The notes under the pieces are model-generated. The model worked only from the letters and a program-made list of their open reading frames with translations. It was not told the DNA's origin and ran no database searches. From positions 178 through 64,177 of the forward strand of contig JACVGW010000003.1 in the NCBI GenBank assembly GCA_018992565.1: a DNA stretch of 64,000 bases. The letters run 5' to 3'. This document shows positions 30,776 to 40,021 of the stretch, one piece after another; within the stretch, counting starts at the first letter, position 1; each line of letters begins with the position of its first letter. The position numbers and the translations under genes were made by a program. The stretch is from Theionarchaea archaeon. GTDB taxonomy: Archaea > Methanobacteriota_B > Thermococci > Methanofastidiosales > SZ-28-30.

Positions 30776-31570
30776 TTATGAGCCAAACCAACTATCCAAC
30801 CGTCTCTGTCCAGGTTGGGCTTTCTCGTAGGGAATATTCAGCAGGTCTTTCAGCATTCTGGCATTGGTGATTGCCTGTCCCCGGGGGTGGTTGTTGAACT
30901 GGAGATACAGTGTCTCAGTTGACAGGCGCATGTTCTGGACTTTGGGTACCCATTCCTTCAATTCCTCTTCTGTGTACTGGTAATCATACCAGTGGGAGGG
31001 GTTTCTCCCGTGCCATCTCACATATCCAAGATCTGATGTAACCCGCACAATAGGTTCCATCTTCACAGAATCTGTAACAACAAAGGCAGTGTGGCTGTCT
31101 CTGAGAAAAGAGTCGTCTGTCTTTGAATCCCACGAGGTATGACGGAATTCTACAGCAAACCGCACATTGTCAGGCAGAAAGTCCAGAAACTTCTTCAGGT
31201 TGTCTTCGTACTCTGTGGAGAACTTTGGAGGCAACTGTATGAGAAAACAGCCCAATTTTCCCGAGTCAATTAAGGGGAACATCAGAGAATAGAATTCCTT
31301 GAATACTGGTTCTGCGTTTTTGAGAAATCTCTTGTGGGTAATTTCTCTGGGAATCTTTGCTGTGAATCTGAAATCATCAGGTACCTTCTTGTTCCAGGAC
31401 AAGACGGCATACTTATTGGGAAGAGCATAAAAGGTTGAATTGATTTCTACCAGGTTGAATTCTCTTGCGTAGAACTCCAGCATCTTTCCCTTCTTGATAC
31501 CTTCGGGATAGAAGGGGCCAATCCAATCATCGTAGCTCCAGCCACTGGTTCCTATAAACAGAGTTCCCAT
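30776..31570 (-). CDS. DUF72 (YecE-like) family protein
   Basis: IGTSGWSY, VEINSTFY, QLPP, AVEFRH, YVRWHGR, FNN. Confidence 0.92.
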   Translation of the reverse strand: MGTLFIGTSGWSYDDWIGPFYPEGIKKGKMLEFYAREFNLVEINSTFYALPNKYAVLSWNKKVPDDFRFTAKIPREITHKRFLKNAEPVFKEFYSLMFPLIDSGKLGCFLIQLPPKFSTEYEDNLKKFLDFLPDNVRFAVEFRHTSWDSKTDDSFLRDSHTAFVVTDSVKMEPIVRVTSDLGYVRWHGRNPSHWYDYQYTEEELKEWVPKVQNMRLSTETLYLQFNNHPRGQAITNARMLKDLLNIPYEKAQPGQRRLDSWFGS

Positions 31571-32121
31571 AATATGGATTTACCTGCAGGGAGAAAAATG
31601 TTGCGGTAGATGTACCACCCTGAGTTTCCATGACCTCACTTACTGTGGTCATTGCCCCTGGAATTGAGATCTCTCACTTCGCACCAGCACACCTCCTTTG
31701 TGTCATGGCACCCGGTCAATAACGATTCACAGACACAATAAGATACTGGTGGTTCATCGCGAAGAAAGAGCAGAGCAGCGGAGAAGAGGAAACCAGAGGG
31801 GGGACTCTGTCTCTGGACTATAGTCAGAACCCTTCTGGTGCAGAATGGAACCCTCATCGCTTTAGAAAGAACCTGATCACTTCTTGTTCTTACGTGAATC
31901 CCAAAGAATGACGAGTGAAGAATGGGTTCAAATGTGTGAAATCTGAAGTGGGTGCGTGTCCATTTCTGGGTCAGATATCCCACAGAAAATTCGATATTCA
32001 GCCTAAGGACTCATCTCGCGAATAATTACTATCTAGCATTACCACTCCTGAACGATATATGCACTACTCTCCCTGTATAGATATTAGGTAGTAGCTCTAG
32101 AGGGAGTGATGATAATTCCAA

Positions 32122-32181
32122 GCGAAAGTTTTATAAAGTACAGTAACTACTAAGCCAGAGTAGTTACTATTTTGAATAGTA
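32122..32181 (+). promoter_or_regulatory. oppA3 promoter and palindromic operator
   Basis: GCGAAAGTTTTATAAA BRE/TATA; TACTAT-TTTGA-ATAGTA at 32165-32181 has perfectly inverted half-sites. Confidence 0.65.
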
Positions 32182-32226
32182 TCTACAACTGAGACAATCC
32201 CGGGCCGTTCACTGGATGAAGATGTC

Positions 32227-32246
32227 ACCTCCTTTGATCGGTATTG
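32227..32246 (+). repeat. 20-bp exact copy of 21403-21422 (ACCTCCTTTGATCGGTATTG)
   Basis: Identical 20-mer on the same strand at both loci although oppA2 and oppA3 have opposite orientations. Confidence 0.85.
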
Positions 32247-32311
32247 CACATTCGATCCGACATCACATCTGGTGGATGGCAAGGGAAATGGAGACCAAAG
32301 GAGGATTAAAA

Positions 32312-34213
32312 ATGAATACAAGAAAAATTTCGGCAATCCTGTCAGTTGTGCTCGTTGCTTCTCTCGTAATATCCCTTTTCGGAACTACCACCGTCGCTCA
32401 GGAGGAGACGATGACGCAGGTACCTTTCACCGAAGACTATTCAAAGTACCAGCCATTCTTCACCATTACGCAGATTGCACCCATTGGTAACAAAGTGAGA
32501 GAGCAGTACACCCAGGCTGTCAATCTTGATATGCCCAAGATTGGCATTCAGGCTGACTTCAAGTTGCTGGAGTTCGGTGACCTGATCAACAGAGAGTTCA
32601 ACAACTACTACGGAAGCACATTTGCGGAGGACGGATTCGACATTTCTTCGTTCGGTTGGTCTGTGGGTGTAGACCCAGACCCATTCGACATATTCCACTC
32701 TTCTGCTATGACACCAATTGGTAACAACGTCACATTCTGGTACTGCCCTGAGTCCGACGAGATGCTGGCTAAAGCACGAGTCGAGGCAGATCAGGCAACC
32801 AGAAAGGATTACCTGTGGAGATGGCAGGAGATTATCGCTGACGAGAAGCCTTACTGCGTAGTATATGTGCCACTGCTCATATGGGGCTCAACGGACAAAT
32901 TGGAAGGATTTGACCCACTGCTATGGCTGCAGAACTATTCCTTGGAAACCTGGGAGATCCCAGGAAAGGACACCATTGTATATGGATCACCTGCAGCTGT
33001 GGAGGGTATGCTGCCCTGGAGATGGAACTCAGTGTATGGTCGTTATCTGCACTCACAGATATTTGAAAGCCTGTGGCTTGTAGATAGCAACCTTATGATA
33101 ACACCACGACTTGCTGACTCAGCAACAGCAGGGCCTACCATTGTCTTTGCCCCCAGCGCTATTGACGATGCCTCAATTGAAGCTCTTGGACCTGATGTCA
33201 AGGAGTGCAAGGTGAATGACAAGCTCGCTGAGCCTGTCGTCTTCCCCAAGTACTTTGACCTCAAGATCAGAGAAGGTATCATGTTCCACGATGGCGTGGA
33301 AATGACCAGTGAGGACGTCAAGTGGTCAATGGATGCTGTTATCAGCGCAGACACTGCATTCCAGGGATGGGGTACATTCAGAGACATATACGAAAGCTCA
33401 GAAATCCTTGACAAGTACACAGTAAGAGTATATGTTGGAATGCCTCATGCCGCATGGGTTCTGTACTGTAACCCAACTGTGCTGCCAAAGCACGTCTACG
33501 GTAGTATCCCCATAACGGGAGCAGAAGCTGCCACCAGCTGGATGGAATCTGACATCAACAGGGGAGAGAACGTTGTTGGTTCTGGACCCTTCATGTTTGA
33601 CTCCTGGGAAGCTGACCAGTTCTGGAAGATGAAGAAGACACCCAACTACTGGGGTACCAAGTACGACGTTCCTGACCCACAATTCGAATACTTCTTGATC
33701 AAGTTGATACCTGAGAGAGAAGCTGCCCGTGTAGCTCTGGAAACTGGTGAAATTGACATCATGGATACCTACTACCAGCTCGGTGCAATTGCTCAGGACC
33801 TGGAAGCTACTCCTGGCCTGAAGCTGTGGACCACAGAAGACTTCGGATACCAGCACCTGCACTTCAACTGCCGCAACCCATACCTGGCCAACAAGTATGT
33901 GAGACAGGCTATCTCCCACTGTATTGACAGACAGGGAATTGTTGATAACCTGTTGGGTGGCTATGGTGTACCCGGTGCTAACCCTGTTGCTGTTCCCTCA
34001 TGGGCGTTCAACACCAACATTGCCCCAGATTCATACGATCTGGTTAAGGCACGAGAGCTCATGGACATGGCAGGATACCGTTACTTCATCGTTGAGAAAA
34101 CAAGCGAAGCAGGTGGAGAAGAAGAGGCCGGAGGCGGACTCTGTCTTGGAACCCTGTTCATAGCCCTTATGGTTTTGGGCGGAAATCTGCTGTATCTCAA
34201 GAAGAGAAACTAA
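32312..34213 (+). CDS. oppA: Orphan oligopeptide-binding protein (oppA3, circularly permuted, close paralogue of oppA2) with CLG C-terminal anchor
   Basis: Long near-identical blocks shared with oppA2; SD AAAGGAGG before ATG 32312; tail EEEAGGGLCLG-TM-KKRN. Confidence 0.9.
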   Translation: MNTRKISAILSVVLVASLVISLFGTTTVAQEETMTQVPFTEDYSKYQPFFTITQIAPIGNKVREQYTQAVNLDMPKIGIQADFKLLEFGDLINREFNNYYGSTFAEDGFDISSFGWSVGVDPDPFDIFHSSAMTPIGNNVTFWYCPESDEMLAKARVEADQATRKDYLWRWQEIIADEKPYCVVYVPLLIWGSTDKLEGFDPLLWLQNYSLETWEIPGKDTIVYGSPAAVEGMLPWRWNSVYGRYLHSQIFESLWLVDSNLMITPRLADSATAGPTIVFAPSAIDDASIEALGPDVKECKVNDKLAEPVVFPKYFDLKIREGIMFHDGVEMTSEDVKWSMDAVISADTAFQGWGTFRDIYESSEILDKYTVRVYVGMPHAAWVLYCNPTVLPKHVYGSIPITGAEAATSWMESDINRGENVVGSGPFMFDSWEADQFWKMKKTPNYWGTKYDVPDPQFEYFLIKLIPEREAARVALETGEIDIMDTYYQLGAIAQDLEATPGLKLWTTEDFGYQHLHFNCRNPYLANKYVRQAISHCIDRQGIVDNLLGGYGVPGANPVAVPSWAFNTNIAPDSYDLVKARELMDMAGYRYFIVEKTSEAGGEEEAGGGLCLGTLFIALMVLGGNLLYLKKRN

Positions 34214-34245
34214 TTTACTTTTCTCTTTTTTTCTTTGCTTTTCCA
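34214..34245 (+). terminator. Archaeal oligo-T terminator
   Basis: T-rich tract immediately after the oppA3 stop codon. Confidence 0.55.
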
Positions 34246-34359
34246 CGGTTTAGTCTCAGATTCTGTAACAACCTCAGATCTCAAGAATTCTAACTGTAAC
34301 TCAGTAGACCCTCTTTTCATGTCCACTCAGGGTTCCTGCTCAGATTTACTGTTGAGAAA

Positions 34360-35166
34360 TCATTCGCCAACTCTTCCTGCAATATGGATCACTCTCTGAG
34401 GGAAGGGTATAGTAATTCCTGCTTTTTCCAGCCCTACCTTCATTTTCCACAGCAATTCCATCTGTACCGTATACCAGACCTGCGAAGGGGCCCACACTCT
34501 CACATTCAGGCGGACACTGCTGTCCCCCAGATCGTCCACAAAAACAGTCGGGCGAGGATTGACAAGGACAAAAGGATGGTCTTCGAGTACCTTCCTGATT
34601 ACCCTGATTGCCTCCTCAGCATCATCCTCATAACCTATCCCTATAGAATATTCAAATCTCCGTGCAGGGTATGCCACATAGTTGGTAATATTCGATGAAA
34701 ACACCTTCTCATTCGGTATCCTCACGTACATACCATCATATGTCCTCACTACAGTAGATAGCACACGAATGTCCTTGACAACACCCGAGATGTCTCCCAC
34801 ACATACCTGGTCCCCAATCTTGACAGGTCTTTCAATAATCAAGAAGAGTCCAGAAATCAAATTTGACACAACACTCTGGCTGGCGAATCCCAGTACGACG
34901 CCCGCAACCCCTCCGGCAACCAGAAGTCCTGTGAGGTGAAGACCCAGCAGGGGGAGTCCAATGACAATGCCCACACTGATTATACCGTAATATACAAGTT
35001 TTTCCAGGAGGCTGAGCATATATTCAGCAACTTTGTCCTTCAAGGCTCTTCGTATATTGGTCCTCACTATCCGGGCAACCACCACTGAGACAGCAACTGT
35101 TGCCAGAAACACCACAATGTCGCGCAGGGTAACGTCTCCATAAAGAGAAAAAGACTGATCGATCAT
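34360..35166 (-). CDS. mscS: Small-conductance mechanosensitive channel
   Basis: GFASQSVVSNLISG, ERPVKIGD, IPN, IPFPQR. Confidence 0.93.
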   Translation of the reverse strand: MIDQSFSLYGDVTLRDIVVFLATVAVSVVVARIVRTNIRRALKDKVAEYMLSLLEKLVYYGIISVGIVIGLPLLGLHLTGLLVAGGVAGVVLGFASQSVVSNLISGLFLIIERPVKIGDQVCVGDISGVVKDIRVLSTVVRTYDGMYVRIPNEKVFSSNITNYVAYPARRFEYSIGIGYEDDAEEAIRVIRKVLEDHPFVLVNPRPTVFVDDLGDSSVRLNVRVWAPSQVWYTVQMELLWKMKVGLEKAGITIPFPQRVIHIAGRVGE

Positions 35167-35900
35167 AGCCCCCACTCCATGAGAAATGATTCCCTCTCCA
35201 TGACTAACACTCCACCGTGGTTAAAAATTCTGGCCCCTTCCTTCATGCCCTCAAGGGGAGGTTCTCCCAGAAATGACGTCTCAGCAGTGCCATTACTGCG
35301 GATTTTCACCACAGCATTCACCATTGCCACCTCCCTGTAGAATATTCTCATGTAGTGTACATCGAATACAAGGTTCCGTATTTCTTTTTGCTGGGAAGCA
35401 GAGTTCTCAATTTCCAGGTTCGCCACGCCTTCATACAGCGGGCTGACCTGTGGAATGTGAGTGTGAATACCACTTTGCCACATCTTACAGATGACACCAT
35501 TATCGGGCTCTCCATACAGTGTGTACTTTGGTCTTGTCAGGGTGAAAAGATCTATGGGCTCTTCTTCCCTCTTTGTATTAATGAAAAACCCCTGGTTCGT
35601 GGATTCCTCAGGTTCAGGAAAAACACCAATCTCGATGGGAAAGGTCAGAAAAAGGGTAATGGTGCTCTTGGGTGCTACCAACACGGGACATGCCAGGTTA
35701 ATCAGCAGATAGTGCGTTACCTTTTCCGGCTGCGTCACCGGTTCAACTGGGTTCACCTGGAGGTTGAGAGGAGATGACATGATTTTCTTGAGTTCACTAT
35801 CAGACTTCCGATGATACACATATACTCCCTCATCCTGATATGTTTCAAGAGTAGTAGAACCGAGGATGACTGGCTTCCCGAATTGATAGGAACCGAACAT
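35163..35900 (-). CDS. DUF432 family protein
   Basis: VNPVEPV...FPIEIGVF...KYTLYG pattern; coupled to mscS. Confidence 0.8.
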   Translation of the reverse strand: MFGSYQFGKPVILGSTTLETYQDEGVYVYHRKSDSELKKIMSSPLNLQVNPVEPVTQPEKVTHYLLINLACPVLVAPKSTITLFLTFPIEIGVFPEPEESTNQGFFINTKREEEPIDLFTLTRPKYTLYGEPDNGVICKMWQSGIHTHIPQVSPLYEGVANLEIENSASQQKEIRNLVFDVHYMRIFYREVAMVNAVVKIRSNGTAETSFLGEPPLEGMKEGARIFNHGGVLVMERESFLMEWGL

Positions 35901-36072
35901 GTCCCCTTTTCTCTCTTACAGTTTATAAAGGTTACAGTGCGGCTGAGGACATCTGGAGTCCATTCAGTCACCAGGATAGTCCCATTCACGCTCGACACGT
36001 GTTCGGGCAGTATCTTCACAGGAAAGAAAGGCTTAAGAAGATTCTCACCTGTCAGAGTATGGAGGTGCACCT

Positions 36073-36471
36073 ATGATGGGAACAGTACCTGATTCGCTCC
36101 TGACTGCACTCCTGGAGACAATCCCCATAGAATTCTCAGTGCTGGACAGAGATGATAGAGTGCTGGCATGGAACCGCCATGATACACGGATCTTCAAGAG
36201 GCCTCCCAGCGTCGTGGGAAGGAATGTCCGTGATTGCCATCCAAAGAAGAGCCTGCATAAGGTTGAACAGATTCTGAAAGAAATGAAAGAAGGAACTCGA
36301 GACAGGGCCAGGTTCTGGATTGATCTGGAGAGGAATGGAAACCCCTCAAAAATCCTCATCGAATACTACGCTCTGAGGGATGCAGAGGGGACTTACCTGG
36401 GCTGCCTGGAAGCCAGTCAGGACATCACAAGCATGCGAGAGCTGGAAGGAGAAAGACGACTGCTGGATTAA
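36073..36471 (+). CDS. Stand-alone PAS domain protein (DUF438/PAS_10-like)
   Basis: RIFKRPPSVVGRNVRDCHPKKS...YYALRDAEGTYLGCLEASQDIT. Confidence 0.85.
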   Translation: MMGTVPDSLLTALLETIPIEFSVLDRDDRVLAWNRHDTRIFKRPPSVVGRNVRDCHPKKSLHKVEQILKEMKEGTRDRARFWIDLERNGNPSKILIEYYALRDAEGTYLGCLEASQDITSMRELEGERRLLD

Positions 36472-36531
36472 GGGTTGAGGAGTTTCTCATCTCTTCATCC
36501 CGTTCACCTTTGATGTGTATCTTTCTGATGG

Positions 36532-37413
36532 TCACAGGTCAATGTTGAAGAACATCCTCAAGAAAAACCCTATGACAAAGGTTATCCCCGCTATACCAAG
36601 ACTGATAAGAGCCATTTCCAGAAATCGCCTCTTAAAGGACACATCCTGCACCACAGACACGTAAAAAGTGAACACCACAATCACCATGACTGCATTAAAT
36701 AATGCAATTCCAAGGCAGACGTAGTACGCGTCAAAAAGCAGGTAGGGAAAAATCAAGAGCAAGACCGTCCCCACGTAGGCGATTCCAGTATATACAGAGG
36801 CTTTCACTGGATTCTGATCAATTCCCTCAGATTTGGTGGACAAGTACTCTGAGGCTGCCATTGACAGAGAGGCTGCAATTCCTGTTATCAGTCCCACCAT
36901 GGCAATGAGGCTTGTTCGCTGTAGCGTCAGAGTAAACCCAGCCAGGGCACCTAAGAGCTCCACCAGTGCATCATTGAGCCCCAGGACAATGGAACCCACA
37001 TACTTGAGCTTTTCCTCGTCCAGTAATGCTATCAGTTCGTGTTCATGGACATCCTCGTCTTTTTGAATCTCTTTGGCCTCAGGAATGGTATCTGAGACTC
37101 TCTCATATATGTGCTGCGCCTTTTCTTCCCCCTTCTCCATCAATTTGATTCCAAATGTCAATCCCAATATCCTGGAGAGTATATAGTAGTACGTGATTTT
37201 CAACCGCGAGGGTTCCATGTCTCTGCCAGTGTACTCCTTCCAGAACTTGTAGTGAGTTAATTCATCCCGGGAAATCCTCTGGAGTATCTCTTTGTTCTGA
37301 GGGTTTCTCATGGACCTTGCCAGTCTCTCATAGATACAGTGTTCTGTTATTTCGGTTCTCTGTGCTGTCAGTATGATCTCTCTGGTCCTCTTGTCCAGCG
37401 GTTGCCGTGACAT
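36532..37413 (-). CDS. Ferritin-like/rubrerythrin domain plus VIT1/CCC1 iron transporter
   Basis: ExxH motifs (DELTH, EDVH) then VLGLNDALVE and SLSMAASEYLS. Confidence 0.9.
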   Translation of the reverse strand: MSRQPLDKRTREIILTAQRTEITEHCIYERLARSMRNPQNKEILQRISRDELTHYKFWKEYTGRDMEPSRLKITYYYILSRILGLTFGIKLMEKGEEKAQHIYERVSDTIPEAKEIQKDEDVHEHELIALLDEEKLKYVGSIVLGLNDALVELLGALAGFTLTLQRTSLIAMVGLITGIAASLSMAASEYLSTKSEGIDQNPVKASVYTGIAYVGTVLLLIFPYLLFDAYYVCLGIALFNAVMVIVVFTFYVSVVQDVSFKRRFLEMALISLGIAGITFVIGFFLRMFFNIDL

Positions 37414-37558
37414 GGTGTAAAATGGCCTTTCCCCATATTTAAGAGTTTGTCCCTTCCAGGCTACTTCTGGACTTACTTTTTCCACAAATAGAGGCTGCTT
37501 TTTCCGCAAGATTTAAAAGGTTGAACCCTGATAAGATGAGAACAATGGAGGAGACGCC

Positions 37559-40021
37559 ATGATAAGAAAGAACTTTGTCGGTTGTCTTATTGTTCTCATG
37601 GTTACTGCAGCAGGTATCCCCTCTGCAGGTTGCCAATCCAGCTGGACAGTGATGATCTACATGGATGGGGATAACAACCTGGAATCTGCTGCTATTGATG
37701 ATGTGAATGAACTGGAGGCTACAGGGTCATCCTCAGAGGTGAATATTGTGGTACAGCTCGATCGGATTATTGACTGGGACAGTTCAAATGGCGACTGGAC
37801 CACCACGCGAAGGTACTACATCACCCACGACCCCAATGGATATGATGGTATCATCACCTCAACACTGCTTGCTGACCTCGGTGAGCTCAATATGGGCAAT
37901 CCTACCACTCTGGCCAATTTTGTCACCTGGGCGCGAACCAATTACCCTGCTGATAACTATCTCCTGGTACTGTGGGATCATGGAGACGGCTGGAAAACAC
38001 GGTTGACTCAGATTACTTCAAAGGGGAGAATCACCAGCGTGCAGAAGAGAGAGCCTCTCAAGGGAGTATGTCATGATGATACAGATGGCGATTACTTGAC
38101 CATGCCTGACTTGAGGACAGCACTGGATGCGTGCACAGGCGGAGGAGCGAATCCTCTTGATGTCATCGGGTTTGATGCGTGTTTGATGGCCATGCTGGAA
38201 GTGAATTATGAAGCTATGCCCTACTGCTCCTACATGGTGGGGTCAGAGGAATCTGTACCCTTTGATGGGTGGGACTATCTCACCACCTCGAACTGGCTGG
38301 TCGCCAATTTCAATTGCACGCCTGATCAGCTTGCTTCCCGGATTGTCACAGATTACATGAACTCCTACGGAGTCCTGGGGTTCGAAACCCACTCTGCAGT
38401 GGACCTGTCACTCACCTCGGCTCTTGCATCTGCTGTCAGTACCTTGGCTATTGACCTGACCAACGGACTGCCGGGGTATTTTTCAGAGATTCAGGCTGCC
38501 AGGGATCAGGTGGAGGTTTACATGGACTACGATTTTATTGATTTATACCATTTTGCTCAAGTACTGCAGAATGAAATTGCTGATTCTCACATCCAGAATG
38601 ATACCCAGAACGTGATGAATGCTGTCACTGCTGCCGTGATCCAGGAGGGCCATGGTGCTTCTAATCCCAATTCTCATGGTATCTCCATCTACTTCCCCTA
38701 TGGGTTCTGCAGCTATCTCTCCTCTTATTCAGCGATGACCAGCCTGGCTGCTCAGACAGCATGGGATGAGTTCCTGACAGCGTACTACACCACTGTCCCC
38801 CCACCCATCCACTCGGTGGCTGTCATTGATGATGATAATGGAGGATGCGGGAACCTCACCAATGTTGAATCCTACTACACAGATATCCTGGATGTTCTCA
38901 GCATTCCCTATGATTACTATAATGTTGCAATACATGGGACTCCCAGCCTGAGTTACCTGCAGTCTCATGCTCTGGTGATCTGGTTCACAGGCTCGGATTT
39001 TTCCTCTACCTTGTCCCCAGCAGACGAGAACGTCCTCATACAGTACCTGATAGGAGGAGGGAATCTCTTCTTTTCCAGCCAGGATTATGTATGGGATATC
39101 AAGAACGATGGGCGGTATCCCACCACGTTCCTGAGAACCTACTTGCATACAGTGGATGAAGGAGAAGATACTGGAGTGAACTACCTTACAGGAGAAGATG
39201 GTAATGAGGTAGGAGATGGTTTCTCCTCTATCCCCATGTGCTGGGCTCCTCCAGCTACCTGTGGATTCATGGACTATGCAGATAGGATTGATAAAGATGC
39301 TGCTTCAGAGTATGCTTTCCGCAATGAGGCAGCAGAATATGTGGCCCTGACCTGCTCGGGGACGTATGACGTGGTGTTCTTTGCCTTCAGGTTTGAGGGT
39401 ATTAGCTACGCAGATCGACTGCTCATTATGCAGCGAATCATAGATTTTCTGGGTCCTCTTCCCACGCTGGGCTCTCTTGGTGAGCTGTTCAGCACCAATA
39501 CATACTTGGTTTCAGGAGATACGGCATACCCCACTGATGTTTTGGGAGCCAGCAATATTGCTTTTGCTCTGGGGGTTGCAGGCGCTCTGGAGAATCCAGA
39601 AGGGAGAACTGATCTCACCCTGACTGCCTGGGAACATGCCAACGGCAACTTGATCCCGGTGGGAGGACCTGCGGTCAACCCCATAGCCACTGAGTTCGGT
39701 ACATACTTCGACATTACCTATACCTACCTGCCAGGGGTGAGTTTTGAGATCTCTGCAGATAGCCACTCCATATTCCTGGATCTGACCCACTACCCCCAGG
39801 AGGATATTGCACTGGTGTATGTGGGCCAGGAAAATGGTAGATATGTCCTCTTGGTGTGGGGGTATGGATGGCAGGGCACCTATGCTGCCTCTGTATTCCT
39901 GGAAGATACGACCAACTGGAGCCTGTACCAGGGATCACATATGATCATGGTGAGGTGGAATGACGGCAATTCTGATGGACTGGTCCAGGCTGGGGAAATC
40001 GTGGTGGAAGCACATGCATAA
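37559..40021 (+). CDS. Secreted clostripain-family (C11) cysteine peptidase with C-terminal S-layer-like domain
   Basis: WTVMIYMDGDNNLE, LWDHGDGW (His), GFDACLM (Cys); C-terminal NLIPVGGPAVN...GYGWQGTYAA. Confidence 0.9.
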   Translation: MIRKNFVGCLIVLMVTAAGIPSAGCQSSWTVMIYMDGDNNLESAAIDDVNELEATGSSSEVNIVVQLDRIIDWDSSNGDWTTTRRYYITHDPNGYDGIITSTLLADLGELNMGNPTTLANFVTWARTNYPADNYLLVLWDHGDGWKTRLTQITSKGRITSVQKREPLKGVCHDDTDGDYLTMPDLRTALDACTGGGANPLDVIGFDACLMAMLEVNYEAMPYCSYMVGSEESVPFDGWDYLTTSNWLVANFNCTPDQLASRIVTDYMNSYGVLGFETHSAVDLSLTSALASAVSTLAIDLTNGLPGYFSEIQAARDQVEVYMDYDFIDLYHFAQVLQNEIADSHIQNDTQNVMNAVTAAVIQEGHGASNPNSHGISIYFPYGFCSYLSSYSAMTSLAAQTAWDEFLTAYYTTVPPPIHSVAVIDDDNGGCGNLTNVESYYTDILDVLSIPYDYYNVAIHGTPSLSYLQSHALVIWFTGSDFSSTLSPADENVLIQYLIGGGNLFFSSQDYVWDIKNDGRYPTTFLRTYLHTVDEGEDTGVNYLTGEDGNEVGDGFSSIPMCWAPPATCGFMDYADRIDKDAASEYAFRNEAAEYVALTCSGTYDVVFFAFRFEGISYADRLLIMQRIIDFLGPLPTLGSLGELFSTNTYLVSGDTAYPTDVLGASNIAFALGVAGALENPEGRTDLTLTAWEHANGNLIPVGGPAVNPIATEFGTYFDITYTYLPGVSFEISADSHSIFLDLTHYPQEDIALVYVGQENGRYVLLVWGYGWQGTYAASVFLEDTTNWSLYQGSHMIMVRWNDGNSDGLVQAGEIVVEAHA

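Noticed and set aside
31640..31686. tRNA-like 3' end (...CTTCGCACCA) and ORF 31636..31983
   Set aside because: There is no pairing T-arm with TTCRA and no matching 5' acceptor strand; the ORF has no protein-like features.
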